Below are positions 1 through 9,541 of a stretch of 64,000 nucleotides of DNA, in pieces. The notes under the pieces are model-generated. The model was given only the letters and a program-made list of their open reading frames with translations, was not told the DNA's origin and searched no databases. A program made the position numbers and the translations under genes. The stretch lies in contig JAGBUC010000033.1 of NCBI GenBank assembly GCA_017630985.1, positions 3,505-67,504 on the forward strand, given 5' to 3'. The stretch's first letter is position 1; the number at the start of each line of letters is the position of its first letter. The DNA comes from Clostridia bacterium (lineage in GTDB: Bacteria > Bacillota > Clostridia > Oscillospirales > Acutalibacteraceae).

Positions 1-454
1 GAGTGAGGGTAAAACCGTATCCTCAACCTACATAAAGGCTCTTCTTTTAGAGGGGGATGCCGAGAGGGCAAAGGCACTTCTGGGCGAAAGCTTTAGCTTT
101 ACCGCAAAGGTGGTCGGCGGAGACAAAAGGGGCAGAACACTTGGTTTCCCAACTGCAAATCAGGTTTATCCGGATAATATTGCCTGTGTGAAGTCGGGCG
201 TTTATCAAACCGTTATTGAGATTAACGGTGAAAGCTATGACGGTGTTACAAACATAGGAACAAGACCGACCTATAAAAACGAATTTGTTTCGGCAGAGAC
301 CTACATACTTGATTATAACGGCGATTGTTACGGTAAAGAGGTTAAAACCAGCCTTATTAAGTATCTTCGTGAGGAGAGACGTTTTTCGTCTAACGAGGAA
401 CTTAGCATAGCAATAAAGGAAAATGCTGAATATGTTAAAAACCACAGAGGATAA
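1..454 (+). CDS. ribF: bifunctional riboflavin kinase/FAD synthetase, C-terminal part (5' end lies outside the window)
   Basis: The frame is open from the window edge. The translation ...KVVGGDKRGRTLGFPTANQ...TNIGTRPT... matches the riboflavin kinase domain. Stop TAA at 452-454. Confidence 0.9.
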   Translation, partial: SEGKTVSSTYIKALLLEGDAERAKALLGESFSFTAKVVGGDKRGRTLGFPTANQVYPDNIACVKSGVYQTVIEINGESYDGVTNIGTRPTYKNEFVSAETYILDYNGDCYGKEVKTSLIKYLREERRFSSNEELSIAIKENAEYVKNHRG

Positions 455-471
455 ACTCTGTGGTTTTTTTG
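437..471. terminator. bidirectional rho-independent terminator shared by ribF and the convergent M23 peptidase gene
   Basis: Stem ACCACAGAG (441-449) pairs with CTCTGTGGT (456-464). An A-run lies upstream and a T-run at 465-471. The ribF stop codon sits in the loop. Confidence 0.7.
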
Positions 472-1164
472 TTACCCGTTTATAAAGGACATAGGGTCGA
501 CGGGAATTTCGTCTTTAAAAAATTCCAAGTGGAGATGGCTTTTGTCGGAGCATTCAGAGGGGATTGCGCCGAGGGTGCCCAGCTTGGTTCCGAGAGAGAC
601 AGTGTCGCCCTCTTGTACGCTGATATTTTGGTCAAGTCCGCAATATCTTGCAACCACACCGTTGCCGTGGTCTATTTCGACATAGTTTCCAAGCAGAGCA
701 TCATTAATTACCGCTACCACATAACCTTTTCCGCAAGACCTTACCTCTGTGCCAAACTCGCCCGAGATGTCAATGCCTGTGTGCAGACGCATATCGCGGA
801 ATGTTTCGGAATATACAAGCTCGGTAGCCGAGAAGTTTTTGGTGATATTTCCGTTTAGCGCAATATTGAATTTATCCGCCACGATTTCGGTAACGGGGGG
901 TGTGGAAGGCTCTTCATATTGGCTTTCCTCCAAAGAAGAATAAGGTTCGCTGTTTGTTTCGGTGCCGACAGGTGCGTCATCGGGCTCAGGCTCGTTTTCG
1001 GACGCAGTATATGAGGGCGCAGGGTCCGGATTTGGCTCGTCATTATTTATGCCGGAGTATGCCGACCATGAAGCAATACCGACGGCAATAAGACAGCCCG
1101 ACAGAACAAGATAAAAGCCTTTCCCCTCGAAAAATTTCGATGATTTCTTTTCTTTATATTTCAT
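472..1164 (-). CDS. membrane-anchored M23 family metallopeptidase
   Basis: N-terminal TM segment. HTGIDI (HxxxD) and HLHLEF (HxH) motifs are present. An SD-like AAAGGCGG precedes the ATG. Confidence 0.85.
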   Translation of the reverse strand: MKYKEKKSSKFFEGKGFYLVLSGCLIAVGIASWSAYSGINNDEPNPDPAPSYTASENEPEPDDAPVGTETNSEPYSSLEESQYEEPSTPPVTEIVADKFNIALNGNITKNFSATELVYSETFRDMRLHTGIDISGEFGTEVRSCGKGYVVAVINDALLGNYVEIDHGNGVVARYCGLDQNISVQEGDTVSLGTKLGTLGAIPSECSDKSHLHLEFFKDEIPVDPMSFING

Positions 1165-1349
1165 TTATAATAACCGCCTTTCAAAAATATTTTGGGCGGA
1201 GGCGATATAAATTATTCTAATATTCATTAAAAATTAAAAATCAATTCACAGAAACTCAAAATTTATATATTATTATATAAATGCAGTTTGGGAGCCGCAA
1301 CCCTGACTGCAGGTTGTATTTTCATATGACCTTCTCCTCAAACCCCTTG

Positions 1350-1389
1350 AAGTAAAGCAAAACACCGCCTTTTCGGGCGGTGTTTTGCT
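1350..1389 (-). terminator. rho-independent terminator after aroK
   Basis: A 13-bp stem, GCAAAACACCGCC (1357-1369) with GGCGGTGTTTTGC (1376-1388), followed on the minus strand by TTTACTT. Confidence 0.7.
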
Positions 1390-1887
1390 TTATATGTTTA
1401 GTGCAGAAATTATTTTTTCAGCGTTTTCTTGAAGAGAACAGTCGGTACAGCGGATCGTAATGTCAGCATATTTTTCATAAAGAGGAACTCGTTCATTATA
1501 AATATCTTCAAGTGTTTGCCCGTCCTTTTTTACAATTCCGCGGGTTGAAAAATTGGTTACCCGTTTTTCAAGCTCCTCTAGAGGAGCCTCAAGATAGACG
1601 ATTTTCCCAATACTGCCCAGGTGCTTCATTGCATCTTCGCCAAAAACGGCACTGCCTCCCGTTGCAATAACGGTTTTTTCGACAGATATTTGGCTGTTTG
1701 TTTGGTTTTCGAGGGCAATAAAATAATCTTTTCCGTCATCTCGGATAATTTCATACAGTCTCTTGCCTGCGGCTTTTTGAATTAGCAGGTCAGAATCGAT
1801 AAAGTCGTAGCCGAGCATTTTTGCGAGAAGCACACCAATGGTAGATTTTCCGCACCCAGCCATACCGATTAGAATAATATTGTTCAT
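1390..1887 (-). CDS. aroK: shikimate kinase (paralog 1)
   Basis: MNNIILIGMAGCGKSTIG Walker A motif and an ~165 aa shikimate-kinase-like length. Its ATG overlaps the pepF stop as ATGA. I chose the internal ATG rather than the longer track ORF. Confidence 0.8.
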   Translation of the reverse strand: MNNIILIGMAGCGKSTIGVLLAKMLGYDFIDSDLLIQKAAGKRLYEIIRDDGKDYFIALENQTNSQISVEKTVIATGGSAVFGEDAMKHLGSIGKIVYLEAPLEELEKRVTNFSTRGIVKKDGQTLEDIYNERVPLYEKYADITIRCTDCSLQENAEKIISALNI

Positions 1888-3572
1888 CGTATCACCGTCT
1901 CGGTCCAATTTAAAATAGTTTTTGCGGTTTTTTCAAGACATCCATCCTCATAGGGCAGAGCTAGTCCTGCCTTTTGCACCAAGCCTTCAAATGTGTCGGT
2001 GCCGGCGCCATCGACAAAGGCAAGATATTTTTTAACAGCAGAGTCCCAATCCTCCAACGATTCGGCAAAGAACTGAAAAGCCACCGTTTGAGCCATACAA
2101 TAGTCAATATAATAGAGAGGATATAAATAAATGTGGAGCTGACGCTGCCAACCGCCGCCGCGACAGTAAAAAGGAAGGTCGGACAGATTAAGATGAGGGC
2201 GGTATTTCCTTTCAAGAGAAAGCCAGACCTCGTTTCTTTGGTCGGGGGTTAAATCTTCGTTTTCATACATAATATGCTGGAACTCGTCTACCATACAGCC
2301 GTATGGTATAAAATTTAAGGCGTCGACTGCATGGTAATATTGATATTTTGCGGTATCTTCACCAAAAAACAGCTTGTGCCAAGGGGCAGTTAAAAACTCC
2401 ATACTCATAGAATGGACTTCACAGGCCTCAATGGTCGGTGAGATATAGTCGGGGATAATGCCCTTTCTTGATGCGGTATAGTAGGCGAAGGCGTGGCCTG
2501 CCTCGTGGGTCAGAACATCAACGTCGCCCGAGGTGCCGTTAAAGTTAGAAAATATAAAGGGTGCTTTAAAGTTTGCGAATTCTGTACAATAGCCTCCCGG
2601 CGCCTTGCCCTCCTTTGAAAGCAGGTCGAAGAGTTCGTGCTTTCGCATAAAGGAGATGAATTCTGCCGTTTGGGGAGACATTTCGCTATACATTTTAACA
2701 GCATTTTCAAGCATTTCATCGGCCGTGCCTTTTGGTGCAACATTCCCCTCTTTAAACATAACCTCGTTATCGTAAAGATGAAGCTCTTCTACACCTATAC
2801 GCTCCGACTGAGCGGTTTTAAGCTTGGTAACGATAGGGACGATATACTCTTTTATCTGATTTCTGAACTTGGCGACCTTATCAGGACCGTAGCAGTTTCT
2901 GCCAAGTCGGTCATATCCCATTTTTATAAAATTGTCATAGCCCAGAATTCTTGCCTGTTTATTGCGGACTTTAATTAGCTTATCGTATATTGTATCAAAT
3001 TCTGCGCGGTGCGAATCAAAAAACTCTGCATCCTTAAGATAGGCTTTTTTTCTTGTCTCGCGTTCGGGCGAGAGCTTGTGACGGGCAAGCATGGGAAGGG
3101 GGATAGTTTCACCCTCCCATTCGACAGTTGCAGAGGCAAAAAGCTTCTGATATTCCGATTGAAGACGGTTTTCTTCGGCCGAAAGCTCAATTATCTCTGA
3201 AGAAAAGCAACGGGTTGAGATTTCGGTATTGATGAAAAGCAGACTGCCAAGCTCGACCTCAAGCTCGGTGCGGAAAGGCGAAGCGAGCAGAGCCTTATTG
3301 ATTTTTTGGAAGCAGTCGGCTATTTCGGGACCCTTTTCATCAAAAAAGTCGTTTTCCTTATCGTAGAACTCGTCCTTGGTGTTTATGGTGTGGCGTACAT
3401 ATGCCAGCGAGCCCATTGTGGAATATTCTTCCGAGAGGTCCGAGACCTCTCGGTATGCACAAAGCTGTTGTTTTGCGTTTTCAGCGGTTTCAATTTTAGT
3501 TAGAAGAGAAGAGAGTTTGTTTTTAAGCTCCTCTATGTTTGGACGGGTATAAGGCATTGAACTGAATTTCAT
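1884..3572 (-). CDS. pepF: M3 family oligoendopeptidase F
   Basis: 562 aa with the HEAGHAF zinc motif and typical PepF length and layout. Confidence 0.85.
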   Translation of the reverse strand: MKFSSMPYTRPNIEELKNKLSSLLTKIETAENAKQQLCAYREVSDLSEEYSTMGSLAYVRHTINTKDEFYDKENDFFDEKGPEIADCFQKINKALLASPFRTELEVELGSLLFINTEISTRCFSSEIIELSAEENRLQSEYQKLFASATVEWEGETIPLPMLARHKLSPERETRKKAYLKDAEFFDSHRAEFDTIYDKLIKVRNKQARILGYDNFIKMGYDRLGRNCYGPDKVAKFRNQIKEYIVPIVTKLKTAQSERIGVEELHLYDNEVMFKEGNVAPKGTADEMLENAVKMYSEMSPQTAEFISFMRKHELFDLLSKEGKAPGGYCTEFANFKAPFIFSNFNGTSGDVDVLTHEAGHAFAYYTASRKGIIPDYISPTIEACEVHSMSMEFLTAPWHKLFFGEDTAKYQYYHAVDALNFIPYGCMVDEFQHIMYENEDLTPDQRNEVWLSLERKYRPHLNLSDLPFYCRGGGWQRQLHIYLYPLYYIDYCMAQTVAFQFFAESLEDWDSAVKKYLAFVDGAGTDTFEGLVQKAGLALPYEDGCLEKTAKTILNWTETVIR

Positions 3573-3581
3573 AAAACACTC

Positions 3582-5345
3582 CTAAACAAGCTTGTTTGCC
3601 ATTTGGGTGAACCGATAGTAAAGACCTTTCTTTTCTAAAAGACTTTGGTGTGTACCCTCTTCGACAATACCGTCTTCGGTCAGCACCATAATTCTGTCGG
3701 AATGGCGAATGGTAGAAAGGCGATGTGCTATGGTTATGGTTGTTCTGCCCTCGGACAGACGGTTTAGCGACTGTGCTACGGCATATTCGCTTTCGTTATC
3801 GAGGGCGCTGGTGGCTTCGTCGAGAATAATGATAGGCGGATTTTTAAGAAAAACCCTTGCGATGCTGATTCTCTGCTTTTGTCCTCCCGAAAGCTTAACG
3901 CCGCGTTCACCAACATAGGTATTATATCCGTCGGCAAGCTCGGTTATGAATTCGTGGGCACCGGCGCGCTTTGCCGCCTCGACAACCTCGTCCATAGTGG
4001 CGTTCGGTTTTCCGTAGGCAATATTTTCATAAACTGTTCCTGAGAAGAGATAGATCTCCTGCTGTACCATACCGATTGCGCCGCGGAGACTTTTTAGCGT
4101 ATAGTCTTTGATGTTTTTGCCATCGAGGATTATCTCGCCCTCGCAGACATCGTAGAACCTCGGAATAAGGTTGCAAAGGGTGGTTTTTCCGCCGCCGGAG
4201 GGACCGATAATCGCAATTTTTTCACCTTGTTTTATAGACAGATTAAGGTTGGTGAAAACTATATTATGGTCATCAGGATATTCGAATGAAACATTTTTAA
4301 ATTCGATGTTTCCTTTTGGGTCGGTAAGCTCGGTGGCGCCTTCACAGTCGAAAATTTCGATATCGGCATCCATAATTTCTAGAAAGCGTTCGATACCTGT
4401 CATACCGCGCTGAAACTGCTCGGCAAATTCAATAATGCGGCGGACGGTTGCGATAAAGGTTGTTACATATAGAAGATATGCAACGAGGTCTCCGGGGGTT
4501 ATCTGACCGTCAAGCATAAAGAGACTGCCTGCAATTACGGTTGCGGCATACATAATTCCGTCAAAAAGGCGTGTGGTGGTCTGGAAAGCGCCCATAAGCC
4601 GATAAGACAGCTTTTTTATAGAGAAAAAGTTTTTGTTGTCGGTTTCGAATTTGGATTTTTCAAGTTCTTCGTTTACAAAGGCCTTAACCACCTTTTGCCC
4701 AAGAAGAGAATCCTCTATTCTGGCGTTCAGCTCACCGATGAGCTGACGCTGTTTTCTAAAGGTTTCGCGCATTTTTTTATTTATGCTTCTGCAAATGACA
4801 ATCATTAGCGGAATTATAACAAATATGATAAGGGTAAGCGGGACGTTGATATTAAGCAGAATGATAAACGAAACTATCCCTTTAATTCCAGCAATAAAAA
4901 ATTCTTCGGGGCAGTGGTGTGAAAATTCGGTAACGTCGAAAAGGTCGTTTGTAATCCGCCCCATAATCTGTCCGACCTTGGTATTGTTGAAATAGGTGTT
5001 GGAAAGCTCTTGCAGATGGGAATAGGCGTCTCGTCGCATATCAGTTTCGATTTTTGTTCCCATAACGTGACCGACATATGCCATATAATAATAGGCCGCC
5101 GAGTCGACAATTCGAAGAACAAGATAAAGAATTCCGATTTGAAGTATGTATCCTACCGTGACCGATGCCATTCCGCCGACACCTGCATTTGTTATTTCGC
5201 GCATAATAAGAGGGAGAATGATTTCGCAGACGGTTGTGAGGGATGCGCAAAACAAATCAAAAATGAGGGTTGGCAAATAACTTTTATAGTATGGAATAAA
5301 TCTCTTAAGAAGCGTTCCTGAAGAATATTTTCTGGCGTTGGACAT
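3582..5345 (-). CDS. ABC transporter permease/ATP-binding fusion (exporter type)
   Basis: N-terminal six-TM domain. GPSGGGKTT Walker A, LSGGQKQR signature and ILDEATSALD Walker B. ATG at 5345 follows AGGGA; the track ORF starts two codons earlier at a GTG. Confidence 0.85.
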   Translation of the reverse strand: MSNARKYSSGTLLKRFIPYYKSYLPTLIFDLFCASLTTVCEIILPLIMREITNAGVGGMASVTVGYILQIGILYLVLRIVDSAAYYYMAYVGHVMGTKIETDMRRDAYSHLQELSNTYFNNTKVGQIMGRITNDLFDVTEFSHHCPEEFFIAGIKGIVSFIILLNINVPLTLIIFVIIPLMIVICRSINKKMRETFRKQRQLIGELNARIEDSLLGQKVVKAFVNEELEKSKFETDNKNFFSIKKLSYRLMGAFQTTTRLFDGIMYAATVIAGSLFMLDGQITPGDLVAYLLYVTTFIATVRRIIEFAEQFQRGMTGIERFLEIMDADIEIFDCEGATELTDPKGNIEFKNVSFEYPDDHNIVFTNLNLSIKQGEKIAIIGPSGGGKTTLCNLIPRFYDVCEGEIILDGKNIKDYTLKSLRGAIGMVQQEIYLFSGTVYENIAYGKPNATMDEVVEAAKRAGAHEFITELADGYNTYVGERGVKLSGGQKQRISIARVFLKNPPIIILDEATSALDNESEYAVAQSLNRLSEGRTTITIAHRLSTIRHSDRIMVLTEDGIVEEGTHQSLLEKKGLYYRFTQMANKLV

Positions 5346-5391
5346 TTTCACATCCCTTTCTATTAGACAACCAAATAAAAGAAATTAAGAG

Positions 5392-5421
5392 AATATAAAA
5401 AGGGACGGAAAACCGTCCCCC
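5392..5421 (-). terminator. rho-independent terminator after the N/Q-rich micro-ORF
   Basis: Minus strand reads GGGACGG-TTTT-CCGTCCC followed by TTTTTATATT. Confidence 0.7.
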
Positions 5422-5428
5422 TTTAAAA

Positions 5429-5584
5429 TTAATAATTGTTTTTATTCTGGTTGGACTGCTGTTTATTGTTATCGTCCTTTTTATTCTGGTTGTTGCTATT
5501 GTTTTTGTTTTGATTGTTGTTCTGGTTATTATTCTGATTGCTGTTGTTTTTGTTTTGATTGTGATTTCTGTTCTGTTCGCTCAT
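5429..5584 (-). CDS. 51-aa Asn/Gln-rich small protein (below the ORF-track size cutoff)
   Basis: Hand translation gives MSEQNRNHNQNKNNSNQNNNQNNNQNKNNSNNQNKKDDNNKQQSNQNKNNY. ATG at 5584-5582 has GGGGTGA 6 nt upstream. TAA at 5431-5429 is followed by a terminator. Confidence 0.5.
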   Translation of the reverse strand: MSEQNRNHNQNKNNSNQNNNQNNNQNKNNSNNQNKKDDNNKQQSNQNKNNY

Positions 5585-5641
5585 TTAAGTTCACCCCGCT
5601 TTCAAAAATATTATTTCCTGATTAGCGGAGTGTATACATTT

Positions 5642-6433
5642 TTAAAATTTGAAAAGAATTTCAGTATTTTTTGAGGTGGCTTCAAGCACTTCTTGGACCG
5701 AAAGGTTTTTAATTTCGGCAAGTTTTTCAGCAACATAAATTATAAGAGCCGAATGGTTAATCTTACCTCTAAATGGCTCGGGCGCCATATAAGGAGCATC
5801 GGTTTCGAGCAAAATTTTCGTGAGGGGGATTTCACGCGCAACCTCTTTTAATTTAATTGAATTTTTAAAGGTTAAAACGCCGCCGATACCGATATACATA
5901 CCGAGGTTTATTACCTCTTTTGCCATTTCTAAACTACCCGAAAAGCAGTGAACAACGCCCTTTGGCTTGTGCTCCTTAAGTATTTCCAAGGTGTCGCCGT
6001 GCGCATCGCGGTCGTGAATTATAACAGGCAGGTCGAACTCTTTTGAAATTTCGAGCTGGGTGTGAAAAGCGGCTTTTTGCGCCGACTTATTATCATCTCG
6101 CCAATAATAGTCAAGACCGGTTTCACCGATTGCGACTATTTTTTTATTGTTTTTGATAATATTTCTAAAACGTTCAAAATCAATTTCGCTGTCGGGCACG
6201 TTTTCAGGGTGAAAGCCCACAGAGGTATAACAGAAATCGTAGTTATTGCTAAGCGCAACACACTCGTCGATAGTTTCAAAATCGCAACCGCAGTTTATAA
6301 TTTTCGAAACTCCGAGGTCGTGCATTTTAAGCAGAAGCTCGTCGCGAAAACTGTCGAATTTTTTATCGTTAAAATGGGCATGAGAGTCGATAATACTTCC
6401 CTTTGGCGCAGGGAAAGACGGAACAGGATACAT
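5642..6433 (-). CDS. tatD: TatD family metal-dependent hydrolase
   Basis: DSHAHF N-terminal motif and TatD-like length. Its ATG overlaps the metG stop (TAATG). Confidence 0.9.
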   Translation of the reverse strand: MYPVPSFPAPKGSIIDSHAHFNDKKFDSFRDELLLKMHDLGVSKIINCGCDFETIDECVALSNNYDFCYTSVGFHPENVPDSEIDFERFRNIIKNNKKIVAIGETGLDYYWRDDNKSAQKAAFHTQLEISKEFDLPVIIHDRDAHGDTLEILKEHKPKGVVHCFSGSLEMAKEVINLGMYIGIGGVLTFKNSIKLKEVAREIPLTKILLETDAPYMAPEPFRGKINHSALIIYVAEKLAEIKNLSVQEVLEATSKNTEILFKF

Positions 6434-8349
6434 TATCTTATCTTAGCCCCCGCAGGAACGCCCTCAAGGAAGACGACCTTAACATCGTTCTCGCCCGCAT
6501 CTGCAGCAAGAATCATTCCACAGGACTCCACTCCGCAAAGTGTTGCAGGCTTTAGGTTGGCAACGACAATAACCGTTTTTCCTATAAGATCTTCGGGTTT
6601 ATAGTAGTTTGCGATTCCAGAGGCAACCGTGCGGTCCTTTCCGCTTCCGTCGTCGAGGGTGAGCTTTAAAAGCTTTTTCGCCTTTTTAATGGGCTCACAC
6701 TCTTTTATAAGGGCGGATTTAAGCTCGACCTTGCAGAAATCTTCTATCGAAATTTCAGAAATTTTTGCAACATTTTCAGGCTCTTGTTTTTTTGCAGCCT
6801 CTGCCTCGGCAGCAAGCTCGGCAAGAACCTTTTCGGCATCAAGGCGAGCAAACAGTGGGGAAGCTTCACCGACAGAAAAGGCATCTAAAGCACCGAAGGT
6901 AGTTTCTTTACAGTCGCAGTTAAGCTGAGATGCAATTTTCTCGGCAGATTCCGGAACGATTGGAGAAAGCATAATGCCAACAATACGGATTGCCTCGAGG
7001 AGATTATAAAGAACGCCCTCAAGATAGTCCTTTTTAGCCTCATCCTTTGCAAGTGCCCAAGGCATAGTCTCGTCGATATACTTATTGCAGCGTTTTGCAA
7101 GGGTGAGTACTGCCTCGCAGGCGTCTGCATTATGGTATGAATCCATAGCAGAGGTGTAATCTGCAACAGCAGTTTTAACAGCCTCAACAAGTTCGGTATC
7201 GCAAGTATTAGAATAGTCCTTTTTAGAAACCTTGCCGCCAAAATATTTGTTAGTCATTGCGATTGAGCGGTTTACAAGGTTGCCGTAGGTATTGGCAAGG
7301 TCGGTGTTGAATTTGTTTATAAAACTTTCGTAGGTTATACTTCCGTCGTTGGTAAAGGAAACCTCCGAGAGCAGATAGTATCTGACGGCATCAGTTCCAA
7401 AACGGGCGGCAAGCTCGTCGGCATAGATAGTGTTTCCTTTAGATTTACTCATTTTATCCTCGCCTACAAGTACCCAAGGGTGACCGAGCACCTGCTTTGG
7501 AAGCGGCTCGCCTAAAGCCATAAGGATAATGGGCCAATAAATAGTATGGAAACGGACAATATCCTTTCCGATAACGTGCAGGTCGGCAGGCCAATATTTT
7601 TTATACTGTTCGGATGAGCCGTCGGGGTTATAGCCAATTCCTGTAATATAGTTTGAAAGGGCGTCGAGCCAGACATAAATTACGTGCTTGTTATCAAACT
7701 CGACGGGAATACCCCATTTGAAAGAGCTTCTTGAAACGCAGAGGTCGGAAAGACCCGGCTTTAAGAAGTTATTTATCATCTCGTTTTTTCTGGATTCAGG
7801 CTTTATGAAATCGGGGTTTTCCTCGATGTGCTTCATGAGGGCGTCTTGATATTTTCCAAGTTTAAGGAAATAAGCTTCTTCTTTTGCGTCGCTTACATCA
7901 CGGCCACAGTCGGGGCATTTGCCGTCGACGAGCTGGCTTGCGGTAAAAAATGATTCGCAAGGAACACAGTATTTTCCCTCATATTCGCTTTTATAGATGT
8001 CACCCTGATTATAAAGCTTTTTGAAAATTGCAGAAACGGCCGCCTCGTGGTCGGCATCGGTAGTGCGGATAAACTTGTCAAAAGTGGTGTTCATACTCTT
8101 CCAAACCGATTGAATTTGCTCTGCAGCGGCATCTACATATTCTTTTGGAGAAATTCCCTGAAGTTTTGCCTTTTCTTCAATTTTTTGACCGTGCTCGTCA
8201 GAGCCTGTCATAAAATACACGTCAAAGCCTTTTGATCTTTTATAGCGAGCTATCATATCTGCAAGCACAATATCGTAAGCGTTGCCTATATGCGGCTTAC
8301 TTGAAGCATATGCTATGGCAGTTGTAATGTAAAATTTTTTATTGTCCAT
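6433..8349 (-). CDS. metG: methionine--tRNA ligase with C-terminal tRNA-binding domain
   Basis: HIGNAY (HIGH) and KMSKS motifs, a CPxC...CPDC zinc knuckle and a C-terminal EMAP/Trbp111-like domain. Confidence 0.95.
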   Translation of the reverse strand: MDNKKFYITTAIAYASSKPHIGNAYDIVLADMIARYKRSKGFDVYFMTGSDEHGQKIEEKAKLQGISPKEYVDAAAEQIQSVWKSMNTTFDKFIRTTDADHEAAVSAIFKKLYNQGDIYKSEYEGKYCVPCESFFTASQLVDGKCPDCGRDVSDAKEEAYFLKLGKYQDALMKHIEENPDFIKPESRKNEMINNFLKPGLSDLCVSRSSFKWGIPVEFDNKHVIYVWLDALSNYITGIGYNPDGSSEQYKKYWPADLHVIGKDIVRFHTIYWPIILMALGEPLPKQVLGHPWVLVGEDKMSKSKGNTIYADELAARFGTDAVRYYLLSEVSFTNDGSITYESFINKFNTDLANTYGNLVNRSIAMTNKYFGGKVSKKDYSNTCDTELVEAVKTAVADYTSAMDSYHNADACEAVLTLAKRCNKYIDETMPWALAKDEAKKDYLEGVLYNLLEAIRIVGIMLSPIVPESAEKIASQLNCDCKETTFGALDAFSVGEASPLFARLDAEKVLAELAAEAEAAKKQEPENVAKISEISIEDFCKVELKSALIKECEPIKKAKKLLKLTLDDGSGKDRTVASGIANYYKPEDLIGKTVIVVANLKPATLCGVESCGMILAADAGENDVKVVFLEGVPAGAKIR

Positions 8350-8351
8350 AA

Positions 8352-9317
8352 TTATTCCTCCGTTTTCGAAGAGTTTTTATTAGCACAGGCATTTATTCTT
8401 TTGTTAAGTGCCTTTTCATCGACACCGATACCGCCGAGAATAAGACCGAAAAGAAGACCTGTTTGTATCCATAAAATTGTCATATCGGTTGTCATATGAA
8501 TCATCATTCCTGCTGAAAGGGCAAGGATTAAAGAGGTTGCGCAATTTTTTCTTAAAAGCTCTTTACATTCGGCAACCTTGCCGTAATAAGACCAGATAAA
8601 GCCTATTAAAAGCAGACTTCCGATAATGCCGAAGCTGACAAGCGGTTCAAGCGCGAAATTGTGGGCGTGCTGTGTTTTATATACTCCCTGTGCCGCAGCG
8701 GTTATTTGGTGATAGCTTAAAAAGCCTCTGCCAAAAAGCGGATTTTCCTTAATAAAGGTCATTGCCTCGTTCCAAATTCTAATTCTGCGGTCGGTAGTGA
8801 TATTAGATTCGGCAATACGTGGGAAAAGGTCGGGTACACAGTAGATTATAACAAGGCAGAAGCAAACCATTAATAAAAATGCCGCAAGGGTCAGGTGCTT
8901 GTGGCGAAGCACAAGCATAACACATATTCCGACAAAGAGGTTTACAAAAGCGAATATGCTCTCGCCCAGATACATCGAAATTGCCGCAAAAAATGCGCAT
9001 ACATAATATATTACAACAGATTTCTTGTATGATGTTGCCCTGAATGCGCAGATAATAATAACCGCCGCCATAATTGTGCAGAAATAGTTTTCGTTAAAAA
9101 ACCAAAGCTTACAACGGTATGAATCGTCTGCCGAGTTAATAACTTTTTCTATTATTGCCGCAACGCCTATGGGAATTGCACAATAGCAGCAAATATCGAG
9201 CCCGTGCTCGAAAACCCTTTCGGTTATAACGCTTCTTACATAATAGCTTATGGTGACGATGAGGAAAAAGCCAAGTGAACAGGCAATTCCCAGATAGTTT
9301 TTATGCACCAAAGCCAC
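8352..9317 (-). CDS. O-antigen ligase/polymerase (Wzy_C) family membrane protein; true start probably lies upstream
   Basis: Polytopic membrane protein with GRGFLSY...HAHNFALEPL, as in Wzy_C. The track ORF starts at a GTG, but the frame stays open for 76 more codons to 9545. Confidence 0.75.
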   Translation of the reverse strand: MALVHKNYLGIACSLGFFLIVTISYYVRSVITERVFEHGLDICCYCAIPIGVAAIIEKVINSADDSYRCKLWFFNENYFCTIMAAVIIICAFRATSYKKSVVIYYVCAFFAAISMYLGESIFAFVNLFVGICVMLVLRHKHLTLAAFLLMVCFCLVIIYCVPDLFPRIAESNITTDRRIRIWNEAMTFIKENPLFGRGFLSYHQITAAAQGVYKTQHAHNFALEPLVSFGIIGSLLLIGFIWSYYGKVAECKELLRKNCATSLILALSAGMMIHMTTDMTILWIQTGLLFGLILGGIGVDEKALNKRINACANKNSSKTEE

Positions 9318-9541
9318 AACTATTGTATAGAGAACAAAGATGAAGAAGCTTACTCTGCCTCGATGGCAAAAAACAGACGGGCGCGTTTTTGGACTTATCA
9401 GCAGATAAATACCGATAGCCGCAATTATAATCCCTGTGAGCAGAAAGGGAAGAAAAACACCGAGAAAGGCAAGATATATTAAGATGTCGGGACCAAACTT
9501 TGAAATTCCTGTCCTTTTTAAAATAAAATCACCTTCAAAAT

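Noticed and set aside
1263-1325. A 20-aa minus-strand ORF (MKIQPAVRVAAPKLHLYNNI) with a GGAGAAGG SD-like sequence, between the aroK terminator and the M23 peptidase gene.
   Set aside because: It is too short to evaluate, has no recognisable leader-peptide logic, and the SD-like match could be chance. I did not list it as a feature.
5399-5640. The plus-strand reading of the N/Q-rich tract, which would give an extremely hydrophobic peptide (FILVGLLFIVIVLFILVVAIVFVLIVV...).
   Set aside because: This is the mirror image of AAY/CAR codons. The frame has no ATG and no SD; the first canonical start is a TTG at 5510. It runs against the local transcription direction. The minus-strand ORF has an ATG, an SD and a terminator.
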